Assembly: GCF_009914755.1 (NCBI RefSeq)
Contig: NC_060931.1
Source: the human T2T-CHM13v2.0 reference genome, Homo sapiens
Reading direction: 5' to 3' (one strand)
Length of the DNA stretch: 64,000 bases
Part shown: piece by piece, positions 46,546 through 64,000 of the stretch
How positions within the stretch are numbered: position 1 is the first letter of the stretch
How the letters are laid out: the number at the start of each line of letters is the position of its first letter
The notes under the pieces: generated by a model
What the model saw: only the letters and a program-made list of their open reading frames with translations
What the model was told of the DNA's origin: nothing
Databases searched by the model: none
Translations under genes and position numbers: made by a program

Positions 46546-47310
46546 TGATCCACCCGCCTCGGCCTCCCAAAGTGCTGGGATTACAGGCATGAGACACCGC
46601 ACTGGGCCAATTCTCCTGCCTCAGTCTCCTGGGTAGCTGAGATTACAGGCACATGCCACCACACCCCGACTAATTTTTGTATTTTTAGTAGAGACAGGGT
46701 TTTGCCATATTGGCCAGGCTGGTCTTGAACTCCCGACCTCAAGTGATCGTCTCACCTCAGCCTCCCAAAGTGCTAGGATTACAGGTGTGAGCCACCGCAC
46801 CTGGCCAGATCACTGCATTTATTTGGACAGTAACTTTTAGGCCTGCTATGAGACCTGACAACTACTTAAAATGCCACTTGAGTTATTTTATTTATTTTTA
46901 AATTTGTTTATTTATTTATTTATTTATATTTTTGTATTTGTTTTTGAGACAGAGTTTCACTCTGCCACGCAGGCTGGAGTGCAGTGGCGTGATCGCGGCT
47001 CACTGCAGCCTTGACTTTCTGGGTTCAAGCCATCCTCCTGCCCCAGCCTCCCAAAGTGCTGGGATCACAGGTGTGAGCCACTGCGCCAGGCCAACGCTAT
47101 TTTACAAAGAAAGCAGATGAAGGTCAGAAAGGTTAAGTCCCTTGCCAGGGTCATAAGCAAGAAGTGGTGGAGGTGGGATTCAAACCCTGGTCTAGGTCTA
47201 AATGATTCCCAAGACCTCCTCCTGAAGCATCACATTGGCTAATGGGGTCTGCGTGTGTAAATAGTTTTCACTGCGGTAAAACACACATAACATAATATTT
47301 ACCATCTTAA

Positions 47311-47496
<186 letters not shown>

Positions 47497-47917
47497 TAGG
47501 ATTACAGGCACGCGCCAACACGCCCAACTAGTTTTCTGTATGTTTAGTACAGATGGGGTTTCACCATGTTGGCCAGGCTGGTCTTGAACTCCTGGCCTCA
47601 AGTGATCCGCCCACCTAGGCTTCCCAAAGTGCTGGGATCACAGGCACAAGCCACTGCGCCCGTCCCATCTTAACCCTTTTTAAGTGCACAGTTCAGTGGC
47701 ATTAAGCACAATGACATTGTTGTGCAGCCACCATCGTCCCCATCCATCTCCAGGACATTTTCATCTTCTCAAACAGAAACTGTGTCCCCGCTAAACACTC
47801 GCTCCCCTCTCCCCCTTCTCCTAGCCCCTGGCAGCCATCGTTCTACTTACTGTCTCTCCGGAGCTGTCTCTTCTAGGAACCTCATGTAAGTGGAATCCTA
47901 CAATATTTGTCCTTTTA

Positions 47918-48313
<396 letters not shown>

Positions 48314-48364
48314 TCAGACCCACTGAGCGACCAGCAGATGTACAGAGCTGACTCAAAAAGTTAG

Positions 48365-48546
<182 letters not shown>

Positions 48547-48605
48547 TAGTAGAGATGGGGTTTCACCATGTTGGCCGGGCTGGTCTCGAACTCCTGACCT
48601 CGTGA

Positions 48606-48911
<306 letters not shown>

Positions 48912-49739
48912 TGATATGCCCGCCTCAGCCTCCCAAAGTGCTGGGATTACAGGTGTCAGCCACCGCGCCCGGCCTTGGCCGACTATTTCTTAATGTAACT
49001 TAAATTTTGGGCAACACAGTTTTGGCTCAGATATATACTATTTATCATCAATGAATGTAAGTTTTCCAGTTAAAAAAGACAAATTTTGGTTCCGTTAAGG
49101 AATTCACTGTTCATAGACATCCATAGAAATCTTCTCTTTTTCTTCCTTTCTTCTCTCACCCTGAGAGGTTCCCTGAACAGAAGCATATCTCCTGTATTTA
49201 CCAGATTTGAGCTGTTTAACAAGCGGTTACTTTTGCTAATCTTTTGGATTAGTCTTTAGGACTGCCAGAGAAACACGGCCTTAAAAAGGAAATGTTTCTG
49301 CCTTAGAACTTCTACTGAGTTGAAAATAGTCATGATCGGTTAAAAAAAATAATGCTGCATAAGCACCGAAACGATTTGTCTCAAAACTGTTCCGGAGGGC
49401 TAAAAATAACTTCCAAACAGATAACAAAACCTGGGCAAGGCCCAGTATAAGAAGCCAGACCCAGCCGGGTGTGGCAGCTCACACCTGTAATCCCAGCACT
49501 TTGGGAGGCTGAGCCAGGAGGATCTCTTGAGCTCAGGAGTTCGAGACCAGCCTGGGTAACATCATGAAACCCTGTCTCTACAAAAAACACAAAAATTAGC
49601 TGGGTGTGGTGCCATGTGCCTGTAATCCCAGCTACTCAAGAGTCTGAGGTAGGAGAACTGCTTGAGCCCAGGAGGCAGAAGTTGCAGTGGGCCAAAATCG
49701 ACCCTGCCTCAAAAAAATAAATAAAATAAAACAAAATAA

Positions 49740-50231
<492 letters not shown>

Positions 50232-50343
50232 TGAGCCACTGTGCCCGGCCATCAACACACCCACTTAATAGCAAACCCAATTAATGTGGATTTTCCCCAT
50301 TTGTCATCTTAAGTAACCGGCGTTGTGCCTACACTAGAACTTA

Positions 50344-50493
<150 letters not shown>

Positions 50494-50504
50494 CTAAAAC
50501 ATAA

Positions 50505-50887
<383 letters not shown>

Positions 50888-51859
50888 TAGCCAGGATGGT
50901 CTCCATCTCCTGACCTCGTGATCCGTCCACCTCGGCCTCCCAAAGTGCTGGGATTACAGACATGAGCCGCCACGCCCGGCTAATTTTTATATTTTCCGTG
51001 GAGACGGGATCTCGCCATGTTGGAGGGCATCATTATTAATATTCAAGCATGCTTTGTTTATGAAGCAGAAACACCCAAGAGCGTCCAAATCCAGCCAATC
51101 TAACCTCTTTCGCTGCATAGTGTGGAAAAGCACGCTGCGCTTCCAAATGGAAGAAAATCGCCTTAAAATGAAGGCGTTGAAGTTCTATTGTGAAGCAGGA
51201 CGAGGAGTACCCTTCCCAGCTCATCTCCAGGGGACCTCACAGGCCTGGCAGGAAAACAGCCACTTCCTGCCCATGACTGTAAGATGTATTATGTCACTTG
51301 GGGAATAAGTTCCAAATCCTATTTTTGGGAAAAGAGGTAACGTTGGAGGCAGTAAGGGGGAGGCCAAGTCCAGCCTGGAGCTGGAAGGAGCCCAGAGACT
51401 CCTCAGTAAGCCTGCCGTTCCAGGGAGACAGACGCTTGCAAAACCTGCCTCCATTCCTCGAGCGGTTCCGCTCTCACGTTTTGAGGCCCCCAGTGGCTCT
51501 AGAGGGAGAGGGGGCGGTACAGGATGTTCTCATGAATCACCCCTTGTTCGATGAACTGTCCCGTTACCAGAGCCAAGGTCAAGCTTTAAACCTGAGTATG
51601 TATTTCCTCTGGAGTGTGCTAAAGGGTAAGTGCACTCTTCTACAAGTCACACGCTCAGGCTGCAGTGTAAGAGAAATTGAAGTTTTTCTTTGTTCTGTTT
51701 TTTTGAGACAGGGACTTACTCTGTCACCCAAGCTGGAGTGTAGTGACACGAACGCGGCTCACTACAGCATCAGCTTCGCTGGTTCATGCAGTCCTCCCAC
51801 CTCAGCTTCCCAAAGTGCTGGGATTACAGGCATGAGCCACCGCGCCCAGCCAAAAGTGA

Positions 51860-52213
<354 letters not shown>

Positions 52214-52267
52214 TGAAATCAATTGCTATTGTGCAATAAAGTACTTAAAATGCAAAAGATTAAGCAT

Positions 52268-52298
<31 letters not shown>

Positions 52299-52817
52299 TT
52301 TTAGAGACAGGGTCTTGTTCCGTCACCCAGGCTGGAGTGCACTGGTGCAATCATAGCTCACTGCAGCTTTGAACTCCTGGGCTCAAGCAATCCTCCTGCC
52401 TCAGCCTCCCATAGTGCTAAGATTACAGGTGTGAGCCACCACCCCTAGTCTACATTTTAAAATATACAAAATAATATAAAATCAAGGCAAAGTGATGCTG
52501 CCATTCATGGGAAACCGACTAGGTACCTGGCACTGTGCTGAATTCTTACATCTTTTACTCAACGAGAACTAAGAAATACCTTGTAAACAAGATAAAAATA
52601 GGCAAAGACAGTCCCTTTTTGGAGAACAAAAGCTTACAGAAAATCATCGGCAGACTCACAATCTTTTTTTTTCCATCAATTTGAGAAAATAGTGTCCTCT
52701 TATATTGATAGGGGGTGGTTAAAAGTAAGACAAAAAAATCACATACTCTGATGTATTAAAGCCAGATCTTTTCCTGAAGAGGCAAAGTTGTCCTGAGTAT
52801 GTCTACAAGGGCTAAGA

Positions 52818-52965
52818 GGCTGTCCAATAGAACCTTCTGTGATGAGGGAATTGTACTTTATGCGTACTAATACAGTAGTCACTGGCTGCATATAGCTATT
52901 GAGCACTTGAAATGTGACTGGTGTAAGTGGGGAACTGAATTTCAAATTTTATTTATTAAAAATTA
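52818..52965. mobile_element. MER3 (hAT-Charlie) fragment
   Basis: gctgtccaatagaaccttctgtgatga...gctattgagcacttgaaatgtgact...gaactgaattt. Confidence 0.85.
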
Positions 52966-53257
52966 GCAGCCAGGCGGCTAGGCGCAGTGGCTCACGCCTG
53001 TAATCCCAGCACTTTGGGAGGCCAAGGCGGGCGGATCACGAGATCAGGAGATCGAAACCATCCTGGCTAACACGGTGAAACCCCGTTTCTACTAAAAATA
53101 CAAAAAAAAAAAAGTTAGCCAGGCATGGTGGCGGGCACCTGTAGTCCCAGCTACTCAGGAGGCTGAGGCAGGAGAATAGTGTGAACCTGGGAGACGGAGC
53201 TTGCAGTAAGCCGAGATCGCACCACTGCACTCCAGCCTGGGCAACAGAGTGAGACTA

Positions 53258-53842
<585 letters not shown>

Positions 53843-54171
53843 TCACTTAAACCCAGGAGGCGGAGGTTGCAGCAAGCCAAGATCGCACCACTGCACTCCA
53901 GCCTGGGTGACAAGAGGAAAAACTCTGTCTCAAAAAATAATAACAATAATAAATAAAAGACAGTAAGCTGAGTGTGATGGTTCATGCCTGTAATCTCAGC
54001 ACTTTGGGAAGCCGAGGTGAGAGGATCACTTGAGGCCAACCAAGAGGTTGAGACCAGCCTGGGCAACATGGTGAGACACTCCCATCTCTGCCAAAAACAT
54101 TAAAAATTAGCCAGGCATGGTGGCAAAAGCCTGTAGTTCCAGCCACTCAGGAGGCTGAGGCAGGAGGATCA

Positions 54172-54303
<132 letters not shown>

Positions 54304-55899
54304 TCACCTCCATGTCTTCAGCAGGAAAATGAAAACGACTGCTTTTCAGGACTGTTCTGAAGATGAGATAATATTACACCCAGCAGCTTCACCACCTGTT
54401 CACACCTAGAGGTGGGAGCTCAATGAATAGCTGCTATTAGCTGTTAAGATCATCAGTTGCCTGACTGCAGATGAAATATTCTTAGGAATTATGCCACTAT
54501 TGTCAGTTTATCTCTTAATAACATATATTAGAAGAATAGTGAATATGGGAGAGAACTATGTGCATAAAGATATGAGCTTTTATAACAGAAAGATATGATT
54601 TTATAATATACTTATACCTGGCCAGACGCAGTGGCTCATGCCTGTAATCCCAGCTCTTTGGGAGGCCGAGGCCGGAGGATCACCTGAGGTCAGCAGTTCA
54701 AGACCAGTCTGTTCCAACATGGTGAAACCCCCATCTCTACTAAAAATACAAAAATTAGCCAGGCACGGTGGCTCACGCCTGTTATCCCAGCACTTTGTGA
54801 GGCCGAGGCAGGCAGATCACGAGGTCAAGAGATCGAGACCATCCTGCACATGGTGAATCCCCGTCTCTACTAAAAATAACAAAAAATTAGCTGGGTGCGG
54901 TGGTGGGCGCCTGTAATCCCAGCCACTCGGGAGGCTTAGGCAGGAGAAAGGCGTGAACCTGGGAGGCGGAGGTTGTGGTGAGCCGGATCTCGCCACTGCA
55001 CCCCAGCCTGGGCAACAGAGCGAGACTCCATCTCAAAAAAATTAAATAAATAAAAGAAAAGAAAGAGCAATCATTTATTGATGTTATAGAATAATACAAT
55101 AGCAGTTCTCAATCTTTTTTAGTAGATTCCAACATTTTAAGCATGTTTCACTACAAGCCACAAAAGAAATTTAAAGTTGTGATTTCTATAGTAAAAAATT
55201 GACTTTTTTTTTTTCTTGAGATAGGGTCTCGCTCTCCCTTGCAGGATGGAGGGCAGTGGCATGATCACGGCTCATTGCAGCCTCAGCCTCCCAGGTTCAA
55301 GCAATCCTCTCACCTTGGCCTCCCAAGGTGTTGGGATTACCAGCATGAGCCACCATGCTCAGCCATAATGGACTTGTTCTGTGTCACAGATTTCCCTGTA
55401 AGGGCATCTAAGAGGCTCTCATGCAAAGGAACAGGCTGAGGAGGAACGCACTGTGGGCCCGCAAATCAGCACAGGTCCTCCCTGCCCCTGCCCCATCCAC
55501 CTGAAAGGGCCCAGAAAAGCTCCCAACATTGGGAGCCTGTGAACATCCTTGGCAGAAGTGAAAATTCTGACCAGCCCACTCTGAAGAAAACTACTGCTCT
55601 TTTAAATTTTTATCTTATTTTATATCATTTTATTTATTTTTTTGGTAGACATGGGGTCTCACTGTGTTGCCCAGGCTGATCTGGAATGCCTGGCCTCAAG
55701 TAGTCCTCCCACCTTGTCCTCCCAAAGTGTTGGGATTACAGGCGTGAGCCACCACACCTGGCCCTAAAACTACTGTTCGTGTTGGTGCAGTGTGAAAATG
55801 TGGTTTCTTACTGAAAGCCATGCACCAAAATAAAAAATAAACACAAAAATACATTTTACTTTTCTATCACATTTATCTTCTTTCTTTAAGCACCACCTA

Positions 55900-56052
<153 letters not shown>

Positions 56053-56091
56053 TTAGCCAGGCGTGGTGGTGGGCACCTGTAATCCCAGCTA

Positions 56092-56202
<111 letters not shown>

Positions 56203-56885
56203 TCAAAATAAATTAAGTGAACAAATAAATAAAGAGCTGCAGCTGGGTTGGGTACAGTTGTTCACACTTGTAATCCCAGCACTTTGGGATGCCAAGGTGG
56301 AAGGATTGCTTGAGCCTGTTATTTGGGGACCAGTCTGGACAACATAGTGAGAACTTATCTCTACAAAAAAATTTTAAATTTAAAAAAGGAAATAGTTACG
56401 ATCTTGTTGTAAGGTTTGATACATTACACACACTTGCGTTAACAACCCATACTAAACTAAGTCTGACGTTTTTATGTTAATTTTTGCTTAAGAATTTGGC
56501 TAAACAAAATAACCATAAAAACATCCCAAAACAGCACACTCCCTAGGTGAACACATGGCTCCCTCTTGTGGTCAACGCGAACCTCACGGGCACAGCCCCG
56601 GGGCTTTCTTCCCAACCTCATCCACTCCTCCCAAATTATTATGCAGCCACATAAATTACCATGAGATTCACAAAACAGTCTATCCGGCATCAGCGTTCCA
56701 TCCAGTGCAGCCTGCTTCAGTCTTTCACCTTCAGAGGGAGGTGAGACTTTCGCATTCTAGCTTAAAATTTGCCCAGAATAAAGGTCACTTAAACTAAGTG
56801 ATTACTTGGCATCCTCCAATGACACATGACCTCATCTGCCAACTTAAACACAATATATATAAATATATATGCCCGTATCACTTCA

Positions 56886-57215
<330 letters not shown>

Positions 57216-57885
57216 TTATAATTAAGAGATGGGGGTCTCCCTATGTTCCTCTGGCTGGTCTGGAACTCCTAGCCTCAAGTGATCCTCCTGCCTCAGCCTC
57301 CCAAAATGCTGGGACTACAGGCATGGGCCACCCTCCCCAGCCAGGAGAAGCTGATTTTAATGGAAATTCCAAATGCTTAAACATTTCTAAATTCACGTAT
57401 TTGCCAAACCTTGCTTTTACACCGTGCAGTAGGAAACCATGAACATTTGTTTAACAATGAATCTGCCTGTGACTTAACCTACTCCTCCCACTTTCCCAAA
57501 GGCATCACAACACAAAGCTAAAAAGCACTGTTCTCCTACGGCCGCATTCTCAATTTCCAGATGAATTAAGACACGGAACAAAGCACCTGCATTTAAAATC
57601 AACCAAACTCCCCTCTTTTCTCAGCTCACCCTCACATAATAGGTTTTCCTGAACAAGCATGAGTCATAAGTCTTGGAATATGGGAGTGTGAAAAGAAATA
57701 CTGCTTTCTGGCTGGGTGTGGTGGCTGACACCTGTAATCCCAGCACTTTGGGAGGCTGAGGCAGGCAGATTGCTTGAGCTCAGGAGTTGGAGACCAGACT
57801 GGGCAACACAGTGAGACCCCGTTCCTACAAAAAATTAAAAAATTACCCGGGTGTGGCAGTGTATATCTGTAGTACCAGCTACTCA

Positions 57886-58065
<180 letters not shown>

Positions 58066-59009
58066 TCACGAGGTCAGGAATTCAAGACCAGCCTGACCAA
58101 CATGGTGAAAACCTGTCTCTACTAAAAATACAAAAATTAGCTGTGCACGGTGGCGGGCGCCTGTAATCCCAGATACTCAGGAGGCTGAGGCAGGAAAATC
58201 ACTTGAACCCAGGATGCAGGGGTTGCAGTGAGCTGGGATTGTGCCATGCACTCCAGCCTGGGCGACAGAGCGAGACTCTGCCTCAGAAAAACAACAACAA
58301 CAACAAAAACAGAGCCTACTTAGTAATCTTCCAATTACTGATCTTTTTTTTCTTAGAGCATAATCAGAACTCTTTGTGGGGTTTTTGGGGGTGTTTTTGA
58401 CATAGGATCTCTTCCTGTCACCCAGGCAGGAGTGTAGTGGGGGCAATCACAGTTCACCGCGGCCTCAATCTCCCAGGCCCAAGTGATCCTTCCTCAGTCT
58501 CCTGAGTAGCTGGAACTACAGATGCGCGCCACCACATCCAGCTAATTTTTTGTATTTTTGTAGAGATGGTCTTGCTATGTTGCCCAGGCTGGCCTAGAAC
58601 TCCTGAGCTCAAGTAATCCACCTGCCTCTGCCTCCCAAAGTGCTGGGATTCCAGGTGTGAGCCAGTTATGCACCACCCAGAATCAGAACTCTTAGGAGGC
58701 AAACAAGGAAAAACAAAACAGGTTGAATCCACTGCCTTAAAAACAACTAAAAGCAAGCCAGGCAGAGTGGCACTCATGCCTGTAATCCCAGCACTTTAGG
58801 AGGCTGAGGCAGCAGGAACCCGGGCAACATATCAAGACCCCCATCTCGATATAAAAATAGTATATATATATACATCCGAGTGAGGTGGCTCACACCTCTA
58901 ATCCCAGCACTTTGGGTGGCCAAGGCAGATGGATCACTTGATGTCAGGAATTCAAGACCAGCCTGGTTAATATGGCGAAACCCCGTCTCTACTAAAAATA
59001 CAAAAATTA

Positions 59010-59196
<187 letters not shown>

Positions 59197-59778
59197 TCAC
59201 ACTCAAGGACTTCTCAGACACAACAGGCCACCTGGAACATGCCCCCCCAACTCAACCAAAACACTTTGTTAAAAGTCTTGATATACCTTGATAAAGCAAG
59301 ACTACTGATTGCAGAAAAAAAATTATCCTACGAAGTTTACCATTCCTAAGCAAGCACCTTTGAAAATCTATTCCAAATGTTTCTCATACAGACTACAGCT
59401 CTCAATGAATGGTTTGTAGGGCTTAAAGGGCAAATGAAAGTAGTCAGATTTTTTTTTTTTTTTTTTTGAGACAGAGTCTTGCTCTATTGCCCAGGCTAGA
59501 GTGCAATGGCACGATCTCGGCTCACTGCAACCTCCGCCTTCTGAGTTCAAGCGATTCTCCTGCCTCAGCCTCCTGAGTGGCTGGAATTACAAGCGTGCAC
59601 CACCACACCTGGCTAATTTTGCATTTTTAGTAGAGACGGGGTTTCACTGGTCTCAAACTCCTGACTTCAGGTGATCCACCCACCTCGGCCTCCCAAAGTG
59701 CTGGGGTTACAGGCATGCACCACTGCGCCCAGCCGTCAGATGTTTTTTTAAATTTATCTGATTAATGATGGTTTTTAA

Positions 59779-60062
<284 letters not shown>

Positions 60063-60410
60063 TGAGCCACCAAGCCCAGCCATCAAGTTTCAATAAACAT
60101 AAAATGTTTGGAGAAAAGAGAGAGAACATGCTGGAAACAAAGGAGAGCCAAGTAGGAGCAGCCATTAAACTCATTTAATAAGAATCAAATCTTAGGCTTC
60201 TCCTTTTGAGTTTTTATGTTGAATATATTATCCACTGAACAGGGTGTGTTTCAAAACTTCTACCACTCACTGGCAGTTTCCATCTCTGAGTTCATACATA
60301 CTGTTCAGGTAAATGTATTAAAATTTTTTTCAGCCAGGCACGGTGGCTAACGCCTGTAATCCCAGCATTTTGGGAGCCCGAGGTGGGCGGATCATGAGGT
60401 CAAGAGATCA

Positions 60411-60907
<497 letters not shown>

Positions 60908-61126
60908 TGATCCACCCACCTCAGCCTCCCAAAGTGCTGGGACTACAGGCGTGAGCCACAACCCCCGGCATGCACACCATATTTTAATGTCACAATATGA
61001 AAGCATGTCAGCCTGGGCGTGGTGGCTCATGCCTGTAATCTTAGCACTTTGGGAGCTGAGGCAGGAGGATTGCTTGAGGCCAGGAGTCAAGACCAGCCTA
61101 AGCAACATAGTGAGACCTTGTCTCTA

Positions 61127-61163
<37 letters not shown>

Positions 61164-61177
61164 GTAAAAATTTATTA

Positions 61178-61612
<435 letters not shown>

Positions 61613-61692
61613 TCAAAAAAAAAAAAAAAGGCCAGGAGCGGTGGCTCACGCCTGTAATCCCAGCACTTTGGGAGGCTGATGCGGGCAGATCA

Positions 61693-62005
<313 letters not shown>

Positions 62006-62403
62006 TCATTTTGCAATCACAGTGACACCAAAAGGGCATGGCTGTTCAGCAGGGTTTTAAATGCGCCACCAAGGCAGTGTCACTTAGATTAGATGGAGAT
62101 GGATTGCCTTGTAAGGACTTTTTCTTTGGGACTCTGAGCACCAACCGAAAGGATCACAAGGCAGGACTTCATTGTTTCTTGGGAGCAGAGAGTTGAGTTC
62201 AGGTCTAGCCTTATATTGTTTTTCAAGCTCTGCTTCTCATCTTGTGCATCGGCAACCTACCTCGATGTTTAAAAAAAAAAAAGGCCGGGCGCGGTGGCTC
62301 ACGCCTGTAATCCTACCACTTTGGGAGGCCGAGGCAGGCGGATCACCTGAGGTCAAGAGTTCGAGACCAGCCTGACCAACATGGAGAAACCCCGTCTCTA
62401 CTA

Positions 62404-62562
<159 letters not shown>

Positions 62563-62774
62563 TCAAAAAAAAAAAAAAAAAAAAAAATTAGCTGTCCACA
62601 GTGGCATGCAACTGTTGTCCTGGCAACTTAGGAGGCTGAGGTGGGAGGATTGCTAGAGCCCAGGAGTTCAAGTTTATAGTAAGCTATGATCACTCCACTG
62701 CACTCCAGCCTGAGCGACAGAGCAAGACCCTGTCTCAAATAATAAAAACTATCAGGACGACGACGGCATTAATA

Positions 62775-62846
62775 AAAACACAAGAAGAACCAAGACCACA
62801 CATATAAAATAAGACATATTTATTAAGCTAAAGAACAAATTTTATT
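62775..62846 (-). terminator. FAM220A polyadenylation signal region
   Basis: Minus-strand AATAAA at 62846-62841 and 62824-62819, then a GU/U-rich element (tgtgtggtcttggttcttcttgtgttttt) at ~62802-62775. Confidence 0.8.
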
Positions 62847-63768
62847 TTTCATTTTCCCCAAACACTAAAATAGCACATGGCATAGTAATTCAGCACACAG
62901 CATAAACTGATATATGCAATCGATAATCCCGAAAATGTTTAAGTTTCACTTTGGGAGTCTTTAAAAACTTATGTCCTTAAATGACCTTTATTAAAGTTAT
63001 CAACAGACGACAACAGGAGTCACCTTGAAAAATTTTAGGGTACAGGATACTGCAATTCTTAGAATCTGGGAAACTTTTTATGTGGGAAATAACTCGATTT
63101 GCTTCTCTGTAACTGAGCTACTTTTTTCTCGAGCTCATTTTTGTTTAAGGTAACACTGCTAGGGTTCTGAGTTTGAGAAGGGATCTTCTAAAGGTAAACT
63201 TAATATTGCAACTTTCACCACAGGGCCTCTGTCTAAATTGCATTTCAAGTGGAAGGAAAGGGGTATGAGAAGTGAAATCGAATTTTGCTGCAGACCAAAA
63301 TCATTCTACAAAATGTAGACATGGTAACAGCTTACCACGAATTCAGCAAGATTTAACGCCAAGTACAGTGGTGTAGACTTTACAAGTATCCACTTCCATT
63401 GGGTGATCAGACAAGTCAAAAGGACACACAGGATTTGGGACAGTAGCCCTTTAGAATGGATGTTGAAGACAGAACTTCATGGTAAATCCGTATGTTCTAA
63501 TCTGGTATTTATACAGGCTATGATCGTCTCCTGAAATGTTTCCCAATTCTTTATATGTCTTTTAAAGCACAATTTAACACATGCCAAAAAAGTTCCTTCC
63601 GCATCAACTGGCTTTGAATTTAAACTCAATTTACTTTAAGTCTGCCAGGTCGTACAAAACTACAGCAGGAACCTAAGGGCTGCACAGTTTGCATCCAGAC
63701 TTAATGCGAAAGAAATCATTCTAAGACAACTCTTAAAATTAATCTATTGGTATTGTTCTGCTTGTACC
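62800..63768 (-). other. FAM220A: FAM220A 3'UTR
   Basis: Repeat-free ~1 kb downstream of the stop codon, ending at AATAAA signals followed by a GU-rich tract. Confidence 0.8.
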
Positions 63769-64000
63769 TTAACTATGGCATAATGTATTTGCTAATTCAA
63801 AAGGTTGCAGAGCCAGTAACCCCAGTGTTATCTGCAGACCATCTGAGGTGCTTTTAAGCATTTTCTTGAATTCTATTGTTTGCTTTGAAAACATGGGCTT
63901 TAAACGGTCAAGGAAAATGCGTTTTGTCTCCTCACTCAGGAGCACTTCGGGATACATGTGCAGCGTTGCAGACAGGATGGAGTGCAGGCAAGCGGGTTCC
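63769..64000 (-). CDS. FAM220A: FAM220A (SIPAR) C-terminal coding sequence, 5'-partial
   Basis: Open frame from the window edge: EPACLHSILSATLHMYPEVLLSEETKRIFLDRLKPMFSKQTIEFKKMLKSTSDGLQITLGLLALQPFELANTLCHS*. It matches the recalled FAM220A C-terminus and the expected synteny with CYTH3. Confidence 0.9.
   Translation of the reverse strand, partial: EPACLHSILSATLHMYPEVLLSEETKRIFLDRLKPMFSKQTIEFKKMLKSTSDGLQITLGLLALQPFELANTLCHS

Overview
Human (primate) genomic DNA, very Alu-dense, recognisable as the 7p22.1 interval between CYTH3 and FAM220A, both on the minus strand. The left end holds CYTH3 intron 1, coding exon 1 (MDEDGGGEGGG, 5865-5898) and its CpG-island promoter. The right end holds the last 76 codons plus stop, 3'UTR and poly(A) signals of FAM220A. 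The ~56 kb between them is mostly Alu, old L1, MaLR LTR, MIR and DNA-transposon fragments. The main observation is that the small non-repeat islands between the repeats, read on the minus strand, give a collinear series of decayed exon remnants of a polycystin-1 family (PKD1/PKD1L2/PKDREJ-like) gene. The order is possible WSC/C-type lectin, PKD Ig-like repeats, REJ, GAIN/GPS, TM3-TM5, the TOP/channel region and the C-terminal tail. These remnants are full of stops and frameshifts, so this is a candidate unitary pseudogene. The motif matches were made by eye against remembered family sequences and need tblastn/HMM confirmation. I cannot check whether the locus is already annotated. Almost all ORFs in the supplied track are Alu, L1 or low-complexity artefacts.
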